A stretch of 64,000 nucleotides of DNA from Cenarchaeum sp. (GTDB lineage Archaea > Thermoproteota > Nitrososphaeria > Nitrososphaerales > Nitrosopumilaceae): positions 2,080,001 to 2,144,000 of the forward strand of contig CBDESU010000001.1 in assembly GCA_965242695.1 (NCBI GenBank), written 5' to 3'. Below, piece after piece: positions 36,612 through 46,955 of the stretch. Under the pieces are notes generated by a model. That model made no database searches. It was not told where the DNA came from and saw only the letters and a program-made list of their open reading frames with translations. The position numbers and the translations under genes were made by a program. Position 1 is the first letter of the stretch. Each line of letters starts with the position of its first letter.

Positions 36612-39600
36612 CTATCGGTCCCGACCAGGGCGTCCGGGCACGTCTAGGAACTCGGCTACGACGGAGACGCGCTCGGACGTGGCGCCCCCCTCGGCGCCAA
36701 ACAGCGTAGAGTGCATCAGGACGGCGTACACGCCGGTGCCGTTGACCGGGACTATCAGCCCCGTCGACGACGGCGGCCGGGCCTCGACCGGATAGAACCC
36801 GCCCCCCTCGCTGAACGGCGTCGGGCCGAGCCAGTCCGACGAGGGCCAGCCGAGCAGCTCTCCAAACGATCCGGCGCCTGCGGTCGACGACAGGATGCCC
36901 CCGTCGGGGCCGGCGGCGAACGCGGCCAGGGTCGTGCCGTGGTCGTCCCATGCGATGTCGACGAGCATCGTGTCGATCGACCCGTCCGCGACGTCAAAGT
37001 AGACGGCGCGCCAGTCGCCGGACATGTAGCGGTTCGTCATGTCGAACGCGCCGCGTATGCTGCCCGCCCCGTCCAAGAGATGGGGCGCATCGCCGGCCGC
37101 ACCGCCCCCCTCCAGGCCCCCGACGACGACCGTGCCGGGACCCGCGACCTGCTCGGCCACCGCGTACGAGACGGGCACGTCCGCCGCGAACGGGACGGCC
37201 CGGCCCGGCTCTCCCGGCGCGACGCCGCCCGCCGGCGACGACGAGCCGGGCGGCGCGTCGACGACGGGCAGCGTGCCGTCGAACGAGCTCACCCGGACAA
37301 ACCCCTGGTACACGCCGCTCGGCTGCCCGTCGGGAACGACGAGCGTTGCCCGCACCGACCGCGACTCCCCCGGCGGCACCTCGACCGTGGCGCCAGAGAC
37401 CCACACGTCGTCCCACCTCTCCCTTGCATAGTACGCGGCGCCGACCGCGTACGGCATCGGCGCCGCATCCATCCCGTTGGCGCCGTACCAGTAGGAATAC
37501 CTGTCGGGGACGGGATACACCCCGACAAGCGGCGTGTCTCGGAACTGGGAGGAGGGGTCGGAGACGCGCATCTCTTGGACCGTCCCCCACGAGCCGGCCC
37601 GGGACACCATGGACAGCTCGGAGCTCGACGGCACCCTGTCCCCGTCCGCATCGTCCCAGTCGTACAGGTACAGCGACGCTATCGAGAGGTCGTCGGCGTA
37701 CGTCTCGGCCGACGAGTTCATGAACGCGTCCATCCCGAACCCGGCGGTAAGGACGAGCAGGCCGGCGCCGTCCGGCACGCCCTCGGGGGCGGCAAGGTAC
37801 GATGCGACCGTGCGGCGCTCGCGCGCGTCCTCTAGGCGCACGTAGTTTGGCGCGTACGCGTCCGTCCCGTTGATGTCGGGGTCCGCGAGGCGCGGCTCGG
37901 TCGTCCCGGCGTACGAGTCGGCGCGCACGAGCGCGAGGCGCTGCGGCTCGACCTTTGCGTGTATGGTCTCGTTGGACGGGTTGCGCACCACAATCGAGGC
38001 CGTCGAGCGCTCTCCGGCGTGCAGCACGCCGGCAAACCAGGACGCCGGCGGCGGGCCGCCGCGCGGCAGGACGAACCTGTCGGCGCCAAACTCGGTCGCG
38101 TTGGCGGCCTCGACGGCGGCCGCGAGCGAGGCGCGCGCCGCCTCGTACGACTGCGGCACGGACACGGCAAACCCGCCGTTCTCGCCGAGGGCCGCCCCCA
38201 CGGCCGCATCGACGTCGACCATTCCGGCGCCCTGCACGAGCGCGTCGTTTCCCGTGTCGGATGCGGCCGACATGAGGAGCGACCGGACGTCGGACGGGGC
38301 GGGCGAGGCCGCCGAGGGGTCTGCATCTCGCATCGCCCCGATCAGGATCGCGGCCGAGGCGGCGACCGTCGGGGCCGCCATGCTCGTCCCCCCGTACAGG
38401 CCGAACGGCTCGTGCGACTCGGCGCCCGGCGGCCTCGTGACGGGGGCGGGCACGAACCCGTACGCGCCGATGCCGACAATATCCGGCTTTGGGTGGCCGA
38501 GCGGCGTGGGGCCGCGGCTCGTAAAGTCGACGAGATGGCCGCCGTGCTCGGTCGTGTTGCCAAAGCGCGGCTGGCCGGCGAACGCGCCGTGCCCCACGAA
38601 CGCGTTGCTCGTCGCCGCCCCGACCGTGAGGACGAACGGCGAGGCGCCCGGCGTGCCGGTCGTGCCGTACCCGTGCCCCGAGTTGCCCGCGCTTGCCACG
38701 ACGAGCGTGCCCGGGTACCGCCTGTCAAGCGAGTGGGGGACCGCGATCATCCCCTGCGCGAGCGAGACTGCATCGGCGCCGGGGACGGCCCCTATCACTG
38801 GAAACGCCGATATGCCCCAGCTGTGCGTTATGACGTCGGCGCGCGGGGCGCCCGAGTACCGCCACGACCAGCCGCGATCGCCCCCGTCGCCGAGGCCGTT
38901 GCCGTTGCCGTTGCCGTCCGGCGCCGCGTCGAACCCGGCTGCCCACATCGACGCGTACAGGGTGTCGCCGAACCAGAGCGCCTTGATCGGCACGATCGAG
39001 GCGCCCGGCGCGACGCCGCGCGCCGCGTACTTTCCAGAGTTGTTGTACACGTCGTACCCCTGCACGCCGGCGGACGCGATCGCAGCCGCCGAGGCCGAGC
39101 CGTGCCCGACAAGGTCCGTCATCACCCCAAAGAACTCACCGTCCGGATCGATCGGCGGGAGCAGCGTTCCGTTGACCGCGTTGAGGATGTCGTGGAGGTG
39201 CGATGCGCCGGCGCCTTCCTGCCCGCCCGGCTCCCCCGCGCCGTCCGCGGCCCCCGACGCCACCCCGTACACGTCGAGCACGCGCGCCCCGACCATTCCG
39301 GCGCTAAAGTCGTCGGCGCCGTCGCCGTCCGAGTCGTACACTAGGAACTCGGCGCCCTCGCCGAGGCGTATCGGCTCCTCGTCGGTAAAGTCAAAGTCGT
39401 AGTCGGGATCCTCGCCGCGCTCCAGCTCGGACGAGTAAAAGTCGGCGTGCGCCGTCGAGAGGTCGGGTATGACCGTATCGTACACGCCGGCCTCGCGCGA
39501 GTCGACGAGCAGGACGGGGACGACCTGCAGCCCGACGGCCCGCCCCGACAGCGAGCCCTGGTATATCGCGCCGAGCCGGTACACGCCGCTCTGCGACCGG

Positions 39601-40547
39601 ATGTAGTCGGTCGCGCCCTCGCCGATGCGCATGTCGTCGGACATCGTGCCGTTGAAGACGGGCAGCGGCCCGGCGCTTGGGTAGAACGAGTTGTACACGG
39701 GCACGTCGGTCCCCCTTCCGCCCTGCTCTATGTCGAGGAAGACGCCGTCGCGGCTGCGGTACACGACGGACGTGTGGTTCTCGCGCGCGGCCTCTTCCGC
39801 GGCGCGGCCAAAGCTGCGCAGCACGCCGTCCCCGTCGATGCTGGCCGCAAACGTGGCGTTCGTCAGGACGATGCCCTGCCCGTCGGCGTCGAGCATGATC
39901 GGGGCGCCGGACGCGTCGCGCGCGACCGCATGGTGCATGTCGGGGTTTGAAAAGTCGACGCCCGTGTCGACGACGGCGATGCGCACGCCCGACCCGTCGT
40001 ACCCGCGCGCCAGGGAGGCCCGCGAGGACACGAGCTCGGCAAGGCGCGACGCGTCGGGCAGATCGCCGCCCCCGTTCCCGTTCCCGTTCCCGCTGCGGCG
40101 CGCCGGCGGCTCTGCCTCCGGGACGGACGGCGCGGCATGCAGGTCGACCCTAAAGTCGGGCAGTATCGCATGGCCCCTGGCTCGCAGCGCGGCCGCCTCT
40201 GCATCGTGCAGGACGGCGACAAGCGGCGCCGGTCCCCCGTAGGCGGAGCCCTGGGCCGCGCCGCCGAGCACGACGTACCTGCCGATGCCGCCGGCCGGCC
40301 GCAGGTACTCGTCGGGGACGGCAAGGATGCCAGAGGCCGGCAGGGCGGGGGCGGCAGAGGCCGGCGCGTCCGGCCACCACGGGGGGCCGAGGCTGCGCCC
40401 CGCCATGTCGCCGGTTCCCCGCACCGCGCCCTCCCATGCAGACGCCGGCGGCGAGGGCGCGTCCGCGGCGGCGGCCGCCGATACCACCGCAAGGAGCGCA
40501 AGCGCGGCGGAGGCTGCCCGCGCCGCGCCGATCCCTGTCCTGGCCAT
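36612..40547 (-). CDS. Secreted S8 (subtilisin-like) serine peptidase
   Basis: Signal peptide; AVVDTGVD, GHGSASA, SAGNSG, GGTSMAAP. Confidence 0.93.
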   Translation of the reverse strand: MARTGIGAARAASAALALLAVVSAAAAADAPSPPASAWEGAVRGTGDMAGRSLGPPWWPDAPASAAPALPASGILAVPDEYLRPAGGIGRYVVLGGAAQGSAYGGPAPLVAVLHDAEAAALRARGHAILPDFRVDLHAAPSVPEAEPPARRSGNGNGNGGGDLPDASRLAELVSSRASLARGYDGSGVRIAVVDTGVDFSNPDMHHAVARDASGAPIMLDADGQGIVLTNATFAASIDGDGVLRSFGRAAEEAARENHTSVVYRSRDGVFLDIEQGGRGTDVPVYNSFYPSAGPLPVFNGTMSDDMRIGEGATDYIRSQSGVYRLGAIYQGSLSGRAVGLQVVPVLLVDSREAGVYDTVIPDLSTAHADFYSSELERGEDPDYDFDFTDEEPIRLGEGAEFLVYDSDGDGADDFSAGMVGARVLDVYGVASGAADGAGEPGGQEGAGASHLHDILNAVNGTLLPPIDPDGEFFGVMTDLVGHGSASAAAIASAGVQGYDVYNNSGKYAARGVAPGASIVPIKALWFGDTLYASMWAAGFDAAPDGNGNGNGLGDGGDRGWSWRYSGAPRADVITHSWGISAFPVIGAVPGADAVSLAQGMIAVPHSLDRRYPGTLVVASAGNSGHGYGTTGTPGASPFVLTVGAATSNAFVGHGAFAGQPRFGNTTEHGGHLVDFTSRGPTPLGHPKPDIVGIGAYGFVPAPVTRPPGAESHEPFGLYGGTSMAAPTVAASAAILIGAMRDADPSAASPAPSDVRSLLMSAASDTGNDALVQGAGMVDVDAAVGAALGENGGFAVSVPQSYEAARASLAAAVEAANATEFGADRFVLPRGGPPPASWFAGVLHAGERSTASIVVRNPSNETIHAKVEPQRLALVRADSYAGTTEPRLADPDINGTDAYAPNYVRLEDARERRTVASYLAAPEGVPDGAGLLVLTAGFGMDAFMNSSAETYADDLSIASLYLYDWDDADGDRVPSSSELSMVSRAGSWGTVQEMRVSDPSSQFRDTPLVGVYPVPDRYSYWYGANGMDAAPMPYAVGAAYYARERWDDVWVSGATVEVPPGESRSVRATLVVPDGQPSGVYQGFVRVSSFDGTLPVVDAPPGSSSPAGGVAPGEPGRAVPFAADVPVSYAVAEQVAGPGTVVVGGLEGGGAAGDAPHLLDGAGSIRGAFDMTNRYMSGDWRAVYFDVADGSIDTMLVDIAWDDHGTTLAAFAAGPDGGILSSTAGAGSFGELLGWPSSDWLGPTPFSEGGGFYPVEARPPSSTGLIVPVNGTGVYAVLMHSTLFGAEGGATSERVSVVAEFLDVPGRPGRDR

Positions 40548-40618
40548 CGCTCCCCGCCCGCGCAGGGCCGCGGCCGCTATTCAAACCGCGCGGGCGGCGG
40601 AGGCGGCCCGAGCCGCAC

Positions 40619-41791
40619 TCACCGGCTCCTTGCAAGCAGCACTATCTGCAGGGCGGCGATCACGCCTATCGCCCCGACGATGGGGAACAGCAGCGAGTTG
40701 AGCTGGCCGGACGCCTCCTCCACGTTGGCGACGGACTCTGATATCGTTCCCACGTTGGACTCTAGGTCGGCGCTCGCCTCCCTCAGGGCCGAGTCGAACT
40801 CGGCGACGTCGGTCTTTAGCCGGTCGAGCTCCGCCGACGTGTCGGCCATGATGCCGCCGAGCCGCTCTACGTGGTCTGATATGCCGCCGATGTCCTGGCT
40901 CATAACATTCGTGGCGGCCGAGCCGTGCGAGACCGTCCCCTGGTGGAACGTCACTATGTGGAACACGTACGTGCCGAGCTGCGCCGGCGTGTAGTCGGCG
41001 TAGTAGAGCCCCTGGTGGAGCGCGCGGAACTCTTCGGACATTATCGAGACCTGCCCGCCGGGCAGGTGCACGTGCGTGCGGGCGAGCAGCTCGGCCGGAT
41101 CGCCGCCGACGAGCGACCCGTCGCTCGTCACCTGGACGAATATGCGCAGCGGCGAGCCGATGCCGGCCGTCTCGGGCACGAACACGCGCGTGTCGACGTG
41201 GCGGCTGACGGGCACGTCCACGAGCTCGTCGGTCGACGAGTACCTCACGTCGAGCGGGATCGACAGGCCGTTCTGCCGCGTGCTTATCACCTCTACTACG
41301 TACGTGCCGTACGGAAAGGCCGACGACGGCTCGGGCCAGACCAGGACGCGCGTGCTGTACGAGCCGTCCTCGGGGTGCGCCTCGACCTGCGAGAACGAGA
41401 GTATGGTCCCGTCGGGGGCGAACACGCGCACGATCAGCGTCTCGCCGGGTATGGCCGTGCCCGACACGAACAGCGGCTGGCCTGCCGCGTACACGCGGCT
41501 GTTGGTGAATGCGTCGAGCGTCTCGCCGTCCGGAGGCGGGGCGGCGGGGGCAGGCGGGGCGGCGGGGGCGGCGGGCAGGGCGGCACCCGGATCGTCCTGG
41601 GCGAGCGCAGGCTGCATTCCGTGCGGGGCGGCGGGCAGCGACAGCGCGGATGCGGCCAGGGCTGCGGCGATTGCCAGCAGGCGCCCGGCGCGCGCGGCGG
41701 CACCTGCCCTCATCGCGCCCGGTGCCGCAGCTCCATTGATAACGCTTCTGATTTCGACTGAGGCGCGGCGCCGCCATCCAGGTCCAGCCAT
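40619..41791 (-). CDS. Conserved exported protein with Ig-like domains, coiled coil and C-terminal TM anchor
   Basis: Signal-like LLAIAAALAASAL; beta-rich core; heptad region; LLFPIVGAIGVIAALQIVLL; true start may be ~41713. Confidence 0.75.
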   Translation of the reverse strand: MAGPGWRRRASVEIRSVINGAAAPGAMRAGAAARAGRLLAIAAALAASALSLPAAPHGMQPALAQDDPGAALPAAPAAPPAPAAPPPDGETLDAFTNSRVYAAGQPLFVSGTAIPGETLIVRVFAPDGTILSFSQVEAHPEDGSYSTRVLVWPEPSSAFPYGTYVVEVISTRQNGLSIPLDVRYSSTDELVDVPVSRHVDTRVFVPETAGIGSPLRIFVQVTSDGSLVGGDPAELLARTHVHLPGGQVSIMSEEFRALHQGLYYADYTPAQLGTYVFHIVTFHQGTVSHGSAATNVMSQDIGGISDHVERLGGIMADTSAELDRLKTDVAEFDSALREASADLESNVGTISESVANVEEASGQLNSLLFPIVGAIGVIAALQIVLLARSR

Positions 41792-41885
41792 GCCGGACCC
41801 CAGGAGGGGCCGCCGCGCAATTCAAGGCCCGGTGTCCGGGCCGCCTCCGCCTAGGTAGAAATATGGCCCGCGGCCGGCCGCGGCG

Positions 41886-42350
41886 TTGGCATCGAGGAAC
41901 GTCTACCTCGCATTCGTCCTGCCGGCCGCATTCTCAGCGGCGCTCGGCGCGGCCGTGCTTGGATCCGTCCTGCAGGAGCCGGGCAGGTCGCTCGAGTCCC
42001 TGGGCGTGGGCGGGACCGTGCCGCTCGAGAGCGACCGCATCGCGATCCTCGGCCTCGGCCCCGCGTACGGCGTCTCCGAGACGATCGTCGTCCAGGTCGT
42101 CGCCATGGACGACGCGTTCGACTGCGGCGACCTGTACGTGACGATCACGCGGGCAGGCCTGGACGAGCCCATCTTCCAGGACGGGTACTTTGGGCAGTGC
42201 TACGCGCAGAGCGGCGCCCCCCTGCCCGTCGAGGAGGGCAGGTACGCAAAGGCGCTCGACACGCCCGGCACGTACGAGATCACGGCCAGCCTGGTCAACT
42301 CGCGCGCCACCGAGACGGCCGAGGTGCGCGGCGTCTTCACGGTCGGGTAA
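41886..42350 (+). CDS. Hypothetical membrane-anchored protein
   Basis: N-terminal TM; FDCGDLYVTI, GTYEITA Ig-like pattern; TTG start after an AT-rich box. Confidence 0.7.
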   Translation: MASRNVYLAFVLPAAFSAALGAAVLGSVLQEPGRSLESLGVGGTVPLESDRIAILGLGPAYGVSETIVVQVVAMDDAFDCGDLYVTITRAGLDEPIFQDGYFGQCYAQSGAPLPVEEGRYAKALDTPGTYEITASLVNSRATETAEVRGVFTVG

Positions 42351-42402
42351 TCAGCTATATAACTAGCAGGGGCCCCGCCACGGGCGGGCGCGGCGGGAAG
42401 TA

Positions 42403-43524
42403 TTGGCAGAGAACGACGGCAAGGACGGCGATGCGGCGGCCCCCGAGGGGGGCGGCATCTCGTCCGAGATTGAGAGCCTCAGGAGGCAGCTCGCCGATGC
42501 CAAGAGAATGCTCAGCGCCGCCAAGGGGGGAGGCGCGCCTAGCGGCGCAGAAAAGGGCGCAGGCGACGCACCCAAGGCGGCCGGCAGGAAGGCCGGCGCG
42601 GGCAGGGCCGCGGCCGGCCCTGCAGGGGCGCAGGGCGGCGGCAGTGCATCTGAGCGGGGAGCGAAGGCGGCGGCCGGCGGGAAGGCTGGCGGGCCGAAGG
42701 GGCGTCCGGCGGGCGCGGGCAGGGCCGCCGAGGGAGCCGCGGCCGGCAAGAAGCCCGAGGGCAAGAAGCCTGGGGCGGGCAGGGCCGCCGAGGGAGCCGC
42801 GGCCGGCAAGAAGCCCGAGGGCAAGAAGCCTGGGGCGGGCAGGGCCGCCGAGGGAGCCGCGGCCGGCAAGAAGCCCGAGGGCAAGAAGCCTGGGGCGGGC
42901 AGGGCCGCCGAGGGAGCCGCGGCCGGCAAGAAGCCCGAGGGCAAGAAAGAAGGGGCCGAAAAAAAGGCAGGAAGGGGCGGCTCAAGGCGGGGCGCGAAGA
43001 AGCAGGAAGGGGCCGGCAAGGCCAAGGGCAAGGCCAAGGGCGAGGATGCCAAGGGAGGCAAGGCCAAGGACGAAAGCCCAAAGGACCGCACGCTCGAAGA
43101 GGAGATGGAGGCGCAGCTGAGCGAGGAGGAAATACGCAACTTTATGCTCGAAAAGCACGACATGAGCAAGCTGACGAGCAAGGTGTGCGAGATGCTCTAC
43201 GAGAGCGAGGGCGCCGGGATGGTGCAGAACGTGCTGTGGAAGAAGCTAAAGCTCTCCGGCAAGGACGGCGCAAGGCTCGCGCTGAAGCTCGAGCGCAGGG
43301 GGATAATCGACAGGGAAAAGATCGTCGAGAAGGGGAGGTGGACGTACCGCCTCATACTCAGAAAGTCGCCGGTGAGCACCGAGTCGATCGAGAACTCGCC
43401 GTGCCTGACGTGCCCCGTCGAGGCGAGGTGCGCCGTCGACGCCGAGGTCAGCCCGCTCACGTGCACCCTCATCGAGTCGTGGGTGATGGGGCCGGCGGCA
43501 AAGGGGCGTTCCGGTCGAAGATGA
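42403..43524 (+). CDS. TFE-beta / RPC34-like transcription factor with long Lys/Gly/Ala-rich N-terminal extension
   Basis: wHTH (GMVQNVLWKKL..KLERRGII.REK..RWTYRL) + PCLTCPVEARC..SPLTC Fe-S motif. Confidence 0.85.
   Translation: MAENDGKDGDAAAPEGGGISSEIESLRRQLADAKRMLSAAKGGGAPSGAEKGAGDAPKAAGRKAGAGRAAAGPAGAQGGGSASERGAKAAAGGKAGGPKGRPAGAGRAAEGAAAGKKPEGKKPGAGRAAEGAAAGKKPEGKKPGAGRAAEGAAAGKKPEGKKPGAGRAAEGAAAGKKPEGKKEGAEKKAGRGGSRRGAKKQEGAGKAKGKAKGEDAKGGKAKDESPKDRTLEEEMEAQLSEEEIRNFMLEKHDMSKLTSKVCEMLYESEGAGMVQNVLWKKLKLSGKDGARLALKLERRGIIDREKIVEKGRWTYRLILRKSPVSTESIENSPCLTCPVEARCAVDAEVSPLTCTLIESWVMGPAAKGRSGRR
42715..42948. repeat. 60-bp perfect coding tandem repeat (~3.9 copies; GAGRAAEGAAAGKKPEGKKP)
   Basis: Lines 42721, 42781 and 42841 identical; 42901 partial. 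Confidence 0.97.
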
Positions 43525-44114
43525 GGCTCGCCGACGCGCGCAGGGACCACTACCGCAGGCTCGCAAGGGAGCAGGGGATGCGGAGCAGGGCGGCGTACAA
43601 GCTAAAGGAGCTCAACAAGTCGTACAGGATCATCGGCGCCGGCTTCTACGTCGCCGACATCGGGTGCGCCCCGGGCGGGTGGACGCAGGTGGCGGCCAGG
43701 CTGGCGGGCAACAGGGGCAGGGTCGTCGGCATCGACACGGCCCACGTCGACGAGATCGACGGGGCCGAGATCGTCAGGGCCGACATAGAGGACGCGTCCG
43801 TCGCGGGGATCATACTCGACAGGCTCGGCCGCAGGGCCAACGCCGTCATATCCGACCTGTCGCCGAACGTGACGGGCAACTGGACGGTCGACCACGCGCG
43901 GCAGATATCGCTCAACTACTCGGCGGCCGGCGTCATGGAGCGCGTGCTCGGCGCAAAGGGCAACGCCGTCTTCAAGGTGTTCGACGGCGAGTACACCGCC
44001 GAGTTCAGGGAGTACATGGGCGGGCTGTTCTCGCGCGTAAAGGCCACAAAGCCGCAGGCGAGCCGCAAGCAGAGCAGCGAGCTGTACCTGGTGTGCCTCG
44101 GGTACAGGGGATAG
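43521..44114 (+). CDS. rlmE: 23S rRNA (uridine-2'-O)-methyltransferase RlmE/FtsJ
   Basis: RSRAAYKL, DIGCAPGGW, ISDLSPN, KVFDG, SRKQSSELY. Confidence 0.93.
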   Translation: MRLADARRDHYRRLAREQGMRSRAAYKLKELNKSYRIIGAGFYVADIGCAPGGWTQVAARLAGNRGRVVGIDTAHVDEIDGAEIVRADIEDASVAGIILDRLGRRANAVISDLSPNVTGNWTVDHARQISLNYSAAGVMERVLGAKGNAVFKVFDGEYTAEFREYMGGLFSRVKATKPQASRKQSSELYLVCLGYRG

Positions 44115-44137
44115 GGCGGGCTGGCGTGAGGGCGAGG

Positions 44138-45394
44138 CTACCGCGCCGCGCCCCGCAGGGCGTCGGCGATGGCCGGGGGCGGCGCATCGGTGCGAAAGCC
44201 GGTCGGGCAGAGCGACGTCGGCGAGGCGGCATAGCCTGCGGAGCGCAGCGATGCGACCATGCGGTCTAGGCGGGGAGGGTGCGTGCCGGCCCGCGAGGCG
44301 GCCTCGTCGAGCGTGTGGTAGGCCGCCGGCATTGCGGCCTCGGCGGCGGCGCGCTCTAGCAGGGGGACGCACTCGCGGCCGACCGGCAGGGATGCGGCGC
44401 GGGCCGCCGCCAGCCGGGCGAACTGCGCATCAAAGAGGGGGCCGGCCCAGAGGGGGCCGGCCGAGTCGGGGGCAGGGGCGGCGCACTCGGGGCACTCGGG
44501 GAGCTGCGCCGGAGCGTCCGGCGCGGGCGCCTTTCCCCGGCGGCCCCCGCGGCCCCGCGGCCCGTTTGCGGCCGCCGCCGCCGCGCGCCAGCCGCACCCT
44601 CTGCACAGGTGCAGGCGGCCGAGCATCCCCGTCTGGTCTGCACGGCCGGCGATGCGCGCGTACGCGCGGTAGTAGTGCTGGTCGCTTTGGACGAGCAGCG
44701 GCTCCACCGACAGGTCGAAGCGGCCGGCTATCGAGCACAGGCAGCCGAGCATGAGGCGCAGCGACATCTCGTCGCCGAATCCCGACCGGCGCATGGGCGC
44801 GCCGCCGTACCTCCGCACGCAGGCTGCCGGAAACACGCCGTTGAGCACCTGGAGGTCGGTCGCCGTCATCGACAGCATGCCGCCGCGCGAGACCGCGCGC
44901 AGGCAGCAGTCGAGGTAGGGCGCCGGCGAACCGAACGGATCGATGTCCACGATGTCGGCCCGGCGGCGGGCGCGGCCGTCGTCGCCGTCGCCGTCGCCGT
45001 CGCATCCCCACTGCCGCGACAGCAGAAAGGCGCACGCCTCGCGGCGCGACATCTCGACGTTGGCAAGGCCGTTGGCCGCCGCCGACCGGGCCGCCAGTCC
45101 GAGCGCGGCGGCGTTGAGGTCGTTGAGGACGACGAGGCCCACATCGGACTCGTTGGCCGCGCGCAGGCCGCGCGCGCCGAGGCCGGAGAGCGCCTCCAGC
45201 ATGACGGCGGGCCGGCCGAGGCCGGCGGCGAATGCAGAGTACGCCGCCACGGATACGTCCCTGCTGAGGCGCGCCCGCGGGTTGAAGAATGCCGGCTCGC
45301 GCGGAGGGACGCGTTCGGACAGGGAGGCGGCGGGCACGAGCAGGCGCGTCGATCCCTCGAGCGTCTCGGCGATTTCGGGAGGTGTGCTGTCCAT
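44138..45394 (-). CDS. trm1: tRNA (guanine26-N2)-dimethyltransferase Trm1
   Basis: FFNP..SRD, LSGLGARGLR, DIDPFGSP, TATD, GPLWAGPL, GFRTDAP. Confidence 0.93.
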   Translation of the reverse strand: MDSTPPEIAETLEGSTRLLVPAASLSERVPPREPAFFNPRARLSRDVSVAAYSAFAAGLGRPAVMLEALSGLGARGLRAANESDVGLVVLNDLNAAALGLAARSAAANGLANVEMSRREACAFLLSRQWGCDGDGDGDDGRARRRADIVDIDPFGSPAPYLDCCLRAVSRGGMLSMTATDLQVLNGVFPAACVRRYGGAPMRRSGFGDEMSLRLMLGCLCSIAGRFDLSVEPLLVQSDQHYYRAYARIAGRADQTGMLGRLHLCRGCGWRAAAAAANGPRGRGGRRGKAPAPDAPAQLPECPECAAPAPDSAGPLWAGPLFDAQFARLAAARAASLPVGRECVPLLERAAAEAAMPAAYHTLDEAASRAGTHPPRLDRMVASLRSAGYAASPTSLCPTGFRTDAPPPAIADALRGAAR

Positions 45395-45616
45395 CGGCGT
45401 GCACAGCCGGCCCGCGCGCCCTATATTGGTTGGGAGGCCCGCGCCGTGCCCGGCCGGCCGATGCGCGATGCCGCCCCGGCGGCGGGCGGCCGCGATGCGC
45501 ATGGTTTATGCGGGCTTACGGCCGGCGCGTCGGAGCAGGTAGGGATGGCCCGTCGGGGAGGCATCGAAGGCAGCGGACCGGTGGGCGGACATCGGGCGGC
45601 GGCACCGCCTGCAGCC

Positions 45617-45872
45617 TTGAGATACGAGGCAATTTTTGGAAGGTATGCGCGCAGGGGCATCAGGGATGCTCGTCCCGAAATGTGCGGCCGCATAATTGAA
45701 AGGATGGAGTTTTCATGCAGGACCTCCACCTAGGGGTAAAAATGGCCGGCTGCGGCGATCTTTACAAGAACAAAGTGGGGCCGTATAGAATCGTCTATAG
45801 TATAAGGGACGACATGCGTAGGATATCCATCGTCGAATAGGCCCGCGCAAGGACGTCTACAAGGTTATCTGA
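45617..45872 (+). pseudogene. RelE/StbE-family toxin pseudogene (two frameshifts), preceded by an antitoxin-like remnant
   Basis: LRYEAIFGRYARRGIR..RIIERME /shift/ GVKMAGCGDLYKNKVGPYRIVYSIRDDMRRISIVE /shift/ GPRKDVYKVI. Confidence 0.75.
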
Positions 45873-46280
45873 CGCCACCCGACCATGCGCACTCGATCAC
45901 CCCGGGGGATCCTTCTCTCTCCTCCCCTCATTCTAGGGCATCCTTTCGGCCCTCCGCCCGACGCCCCATGGAGGGCATGCCGCGCCAGCAAGCCAGCCAG
46001 TCCCGCCCCCTCTCAACCTGCCGGCAGATGCAACGGCTAAGCCGGGATGCCAGGCGCGTTTTGATCAAGCCGCTTTCGTCCGGGCCCTACCGCCCGTGGC
46101 CCGGAAATTGGGATCGCCCTGTAGTGTTTGCTCCGCCATGCGGTCCGTCGTCCCAGAACGGCAACCCGCTCCTGCAGGAGCGGGCCGGAATTGTGAAGCT
46201 GCGGCCGTGTGCATCCCAAGGCGTGCGCGCATGCCGCCCCAGCGTCAAGTATATTGGCGGCACGTGTGCCGGCTTCAGAC

Positions 46281-46406
46281 ATGGGCGAAGACAGGATGTA
46301 CAAGAGGGTAAGCAACAGGGGGCCGCCCGGCAGCAGGCCGTACATGGCCGGCGGATGGGGCCGCGAAAGGCCCGTAAAATCCAGGCCGCCGCGGAAGCGC
46401 GACTGA
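46281..46406 (+). CDS. 41-aa basic microprotein, copy 1
   Basis: MGEDRMYKRVSNRGPPGSRPYMAGGWGRERPVKSRPPRKRD; AAGTATATT box ~30 nt upstream, T-rich tract after the stop. Confidence 0.55.
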   Translation: MGEDRMYKRVSNRGPPGSRPYMAGGWGRERPVKSRPPRKRD

Positions 46407-46826
46407 CCGCCTTTATTGCCCGCGCAAGGACTCTGCAAGGGCATCTGGCCTCTTACAAGACGCATGCGCGCTCCACACCCTGCAGGTCCTCCACGGTAGC
46501 CTTCCGACTCTTGCCCTGCATGGCCATGGCGGCCTACCGCGGCAGCGCCTCTTGTTGGCAACGGTGCGGCTAAGCCGAGATGTCAAGAACATCCAGATCA
46601 GGCAGACTCCGCGCCACCCCCTGCCGCATGCGGCCCGGAAATTTAGATCGTCGGGCTGTGTTCGCTCTGCCACGCAGTACGTCGCCCCGGAACGGCGGCC
46701 TACAGCCCGCTCCTGCGGGGCGACAGGAATCCACAAATTGCGGCCGCGGGCAGCCCAAGGCGTGCGCGCTGCGCGCATGCCGCCCCAACGTCAAGTATAT
46801 TAGCGGCACATGTGCCGGTTTTAGAC

Positions 46827-46955
46827 ATGAGTGAAGACAACGTGCGCAAGAGAGTAAGCAGGGATGGAGGGCCGCCCGGCAGCAGGCCGTACATGGCCGG
46901 CGGATGGGGCCGCGAAAGGCCCGTAAAATCCAGGCCGCCGCAAAAGCGTGACTGA
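46827..46955 (+). CDS. 42-aa basic microprotein, copy 2
   Basis: MSEDNVRKRVSRDGGPPGSRPYMAGGWGRERPVKSRPPQKRD; start, stop and frame conserved (3-nt indel); T-run after the stop. Confidence 0.55.
   Translation: MSEDNVRKRVSRDGGPPGSRPYMAGGWGRERPVKSRPPQKRD

Noticed and set aside
46350-46385. Hammerhead ribozyme resemblance (cggatgg-ggcc-gcgaaa-ggcc-cgtaaa)
   Set aside because: Core CUGANGA and GAAA are not matched, and stems I/III are not evident
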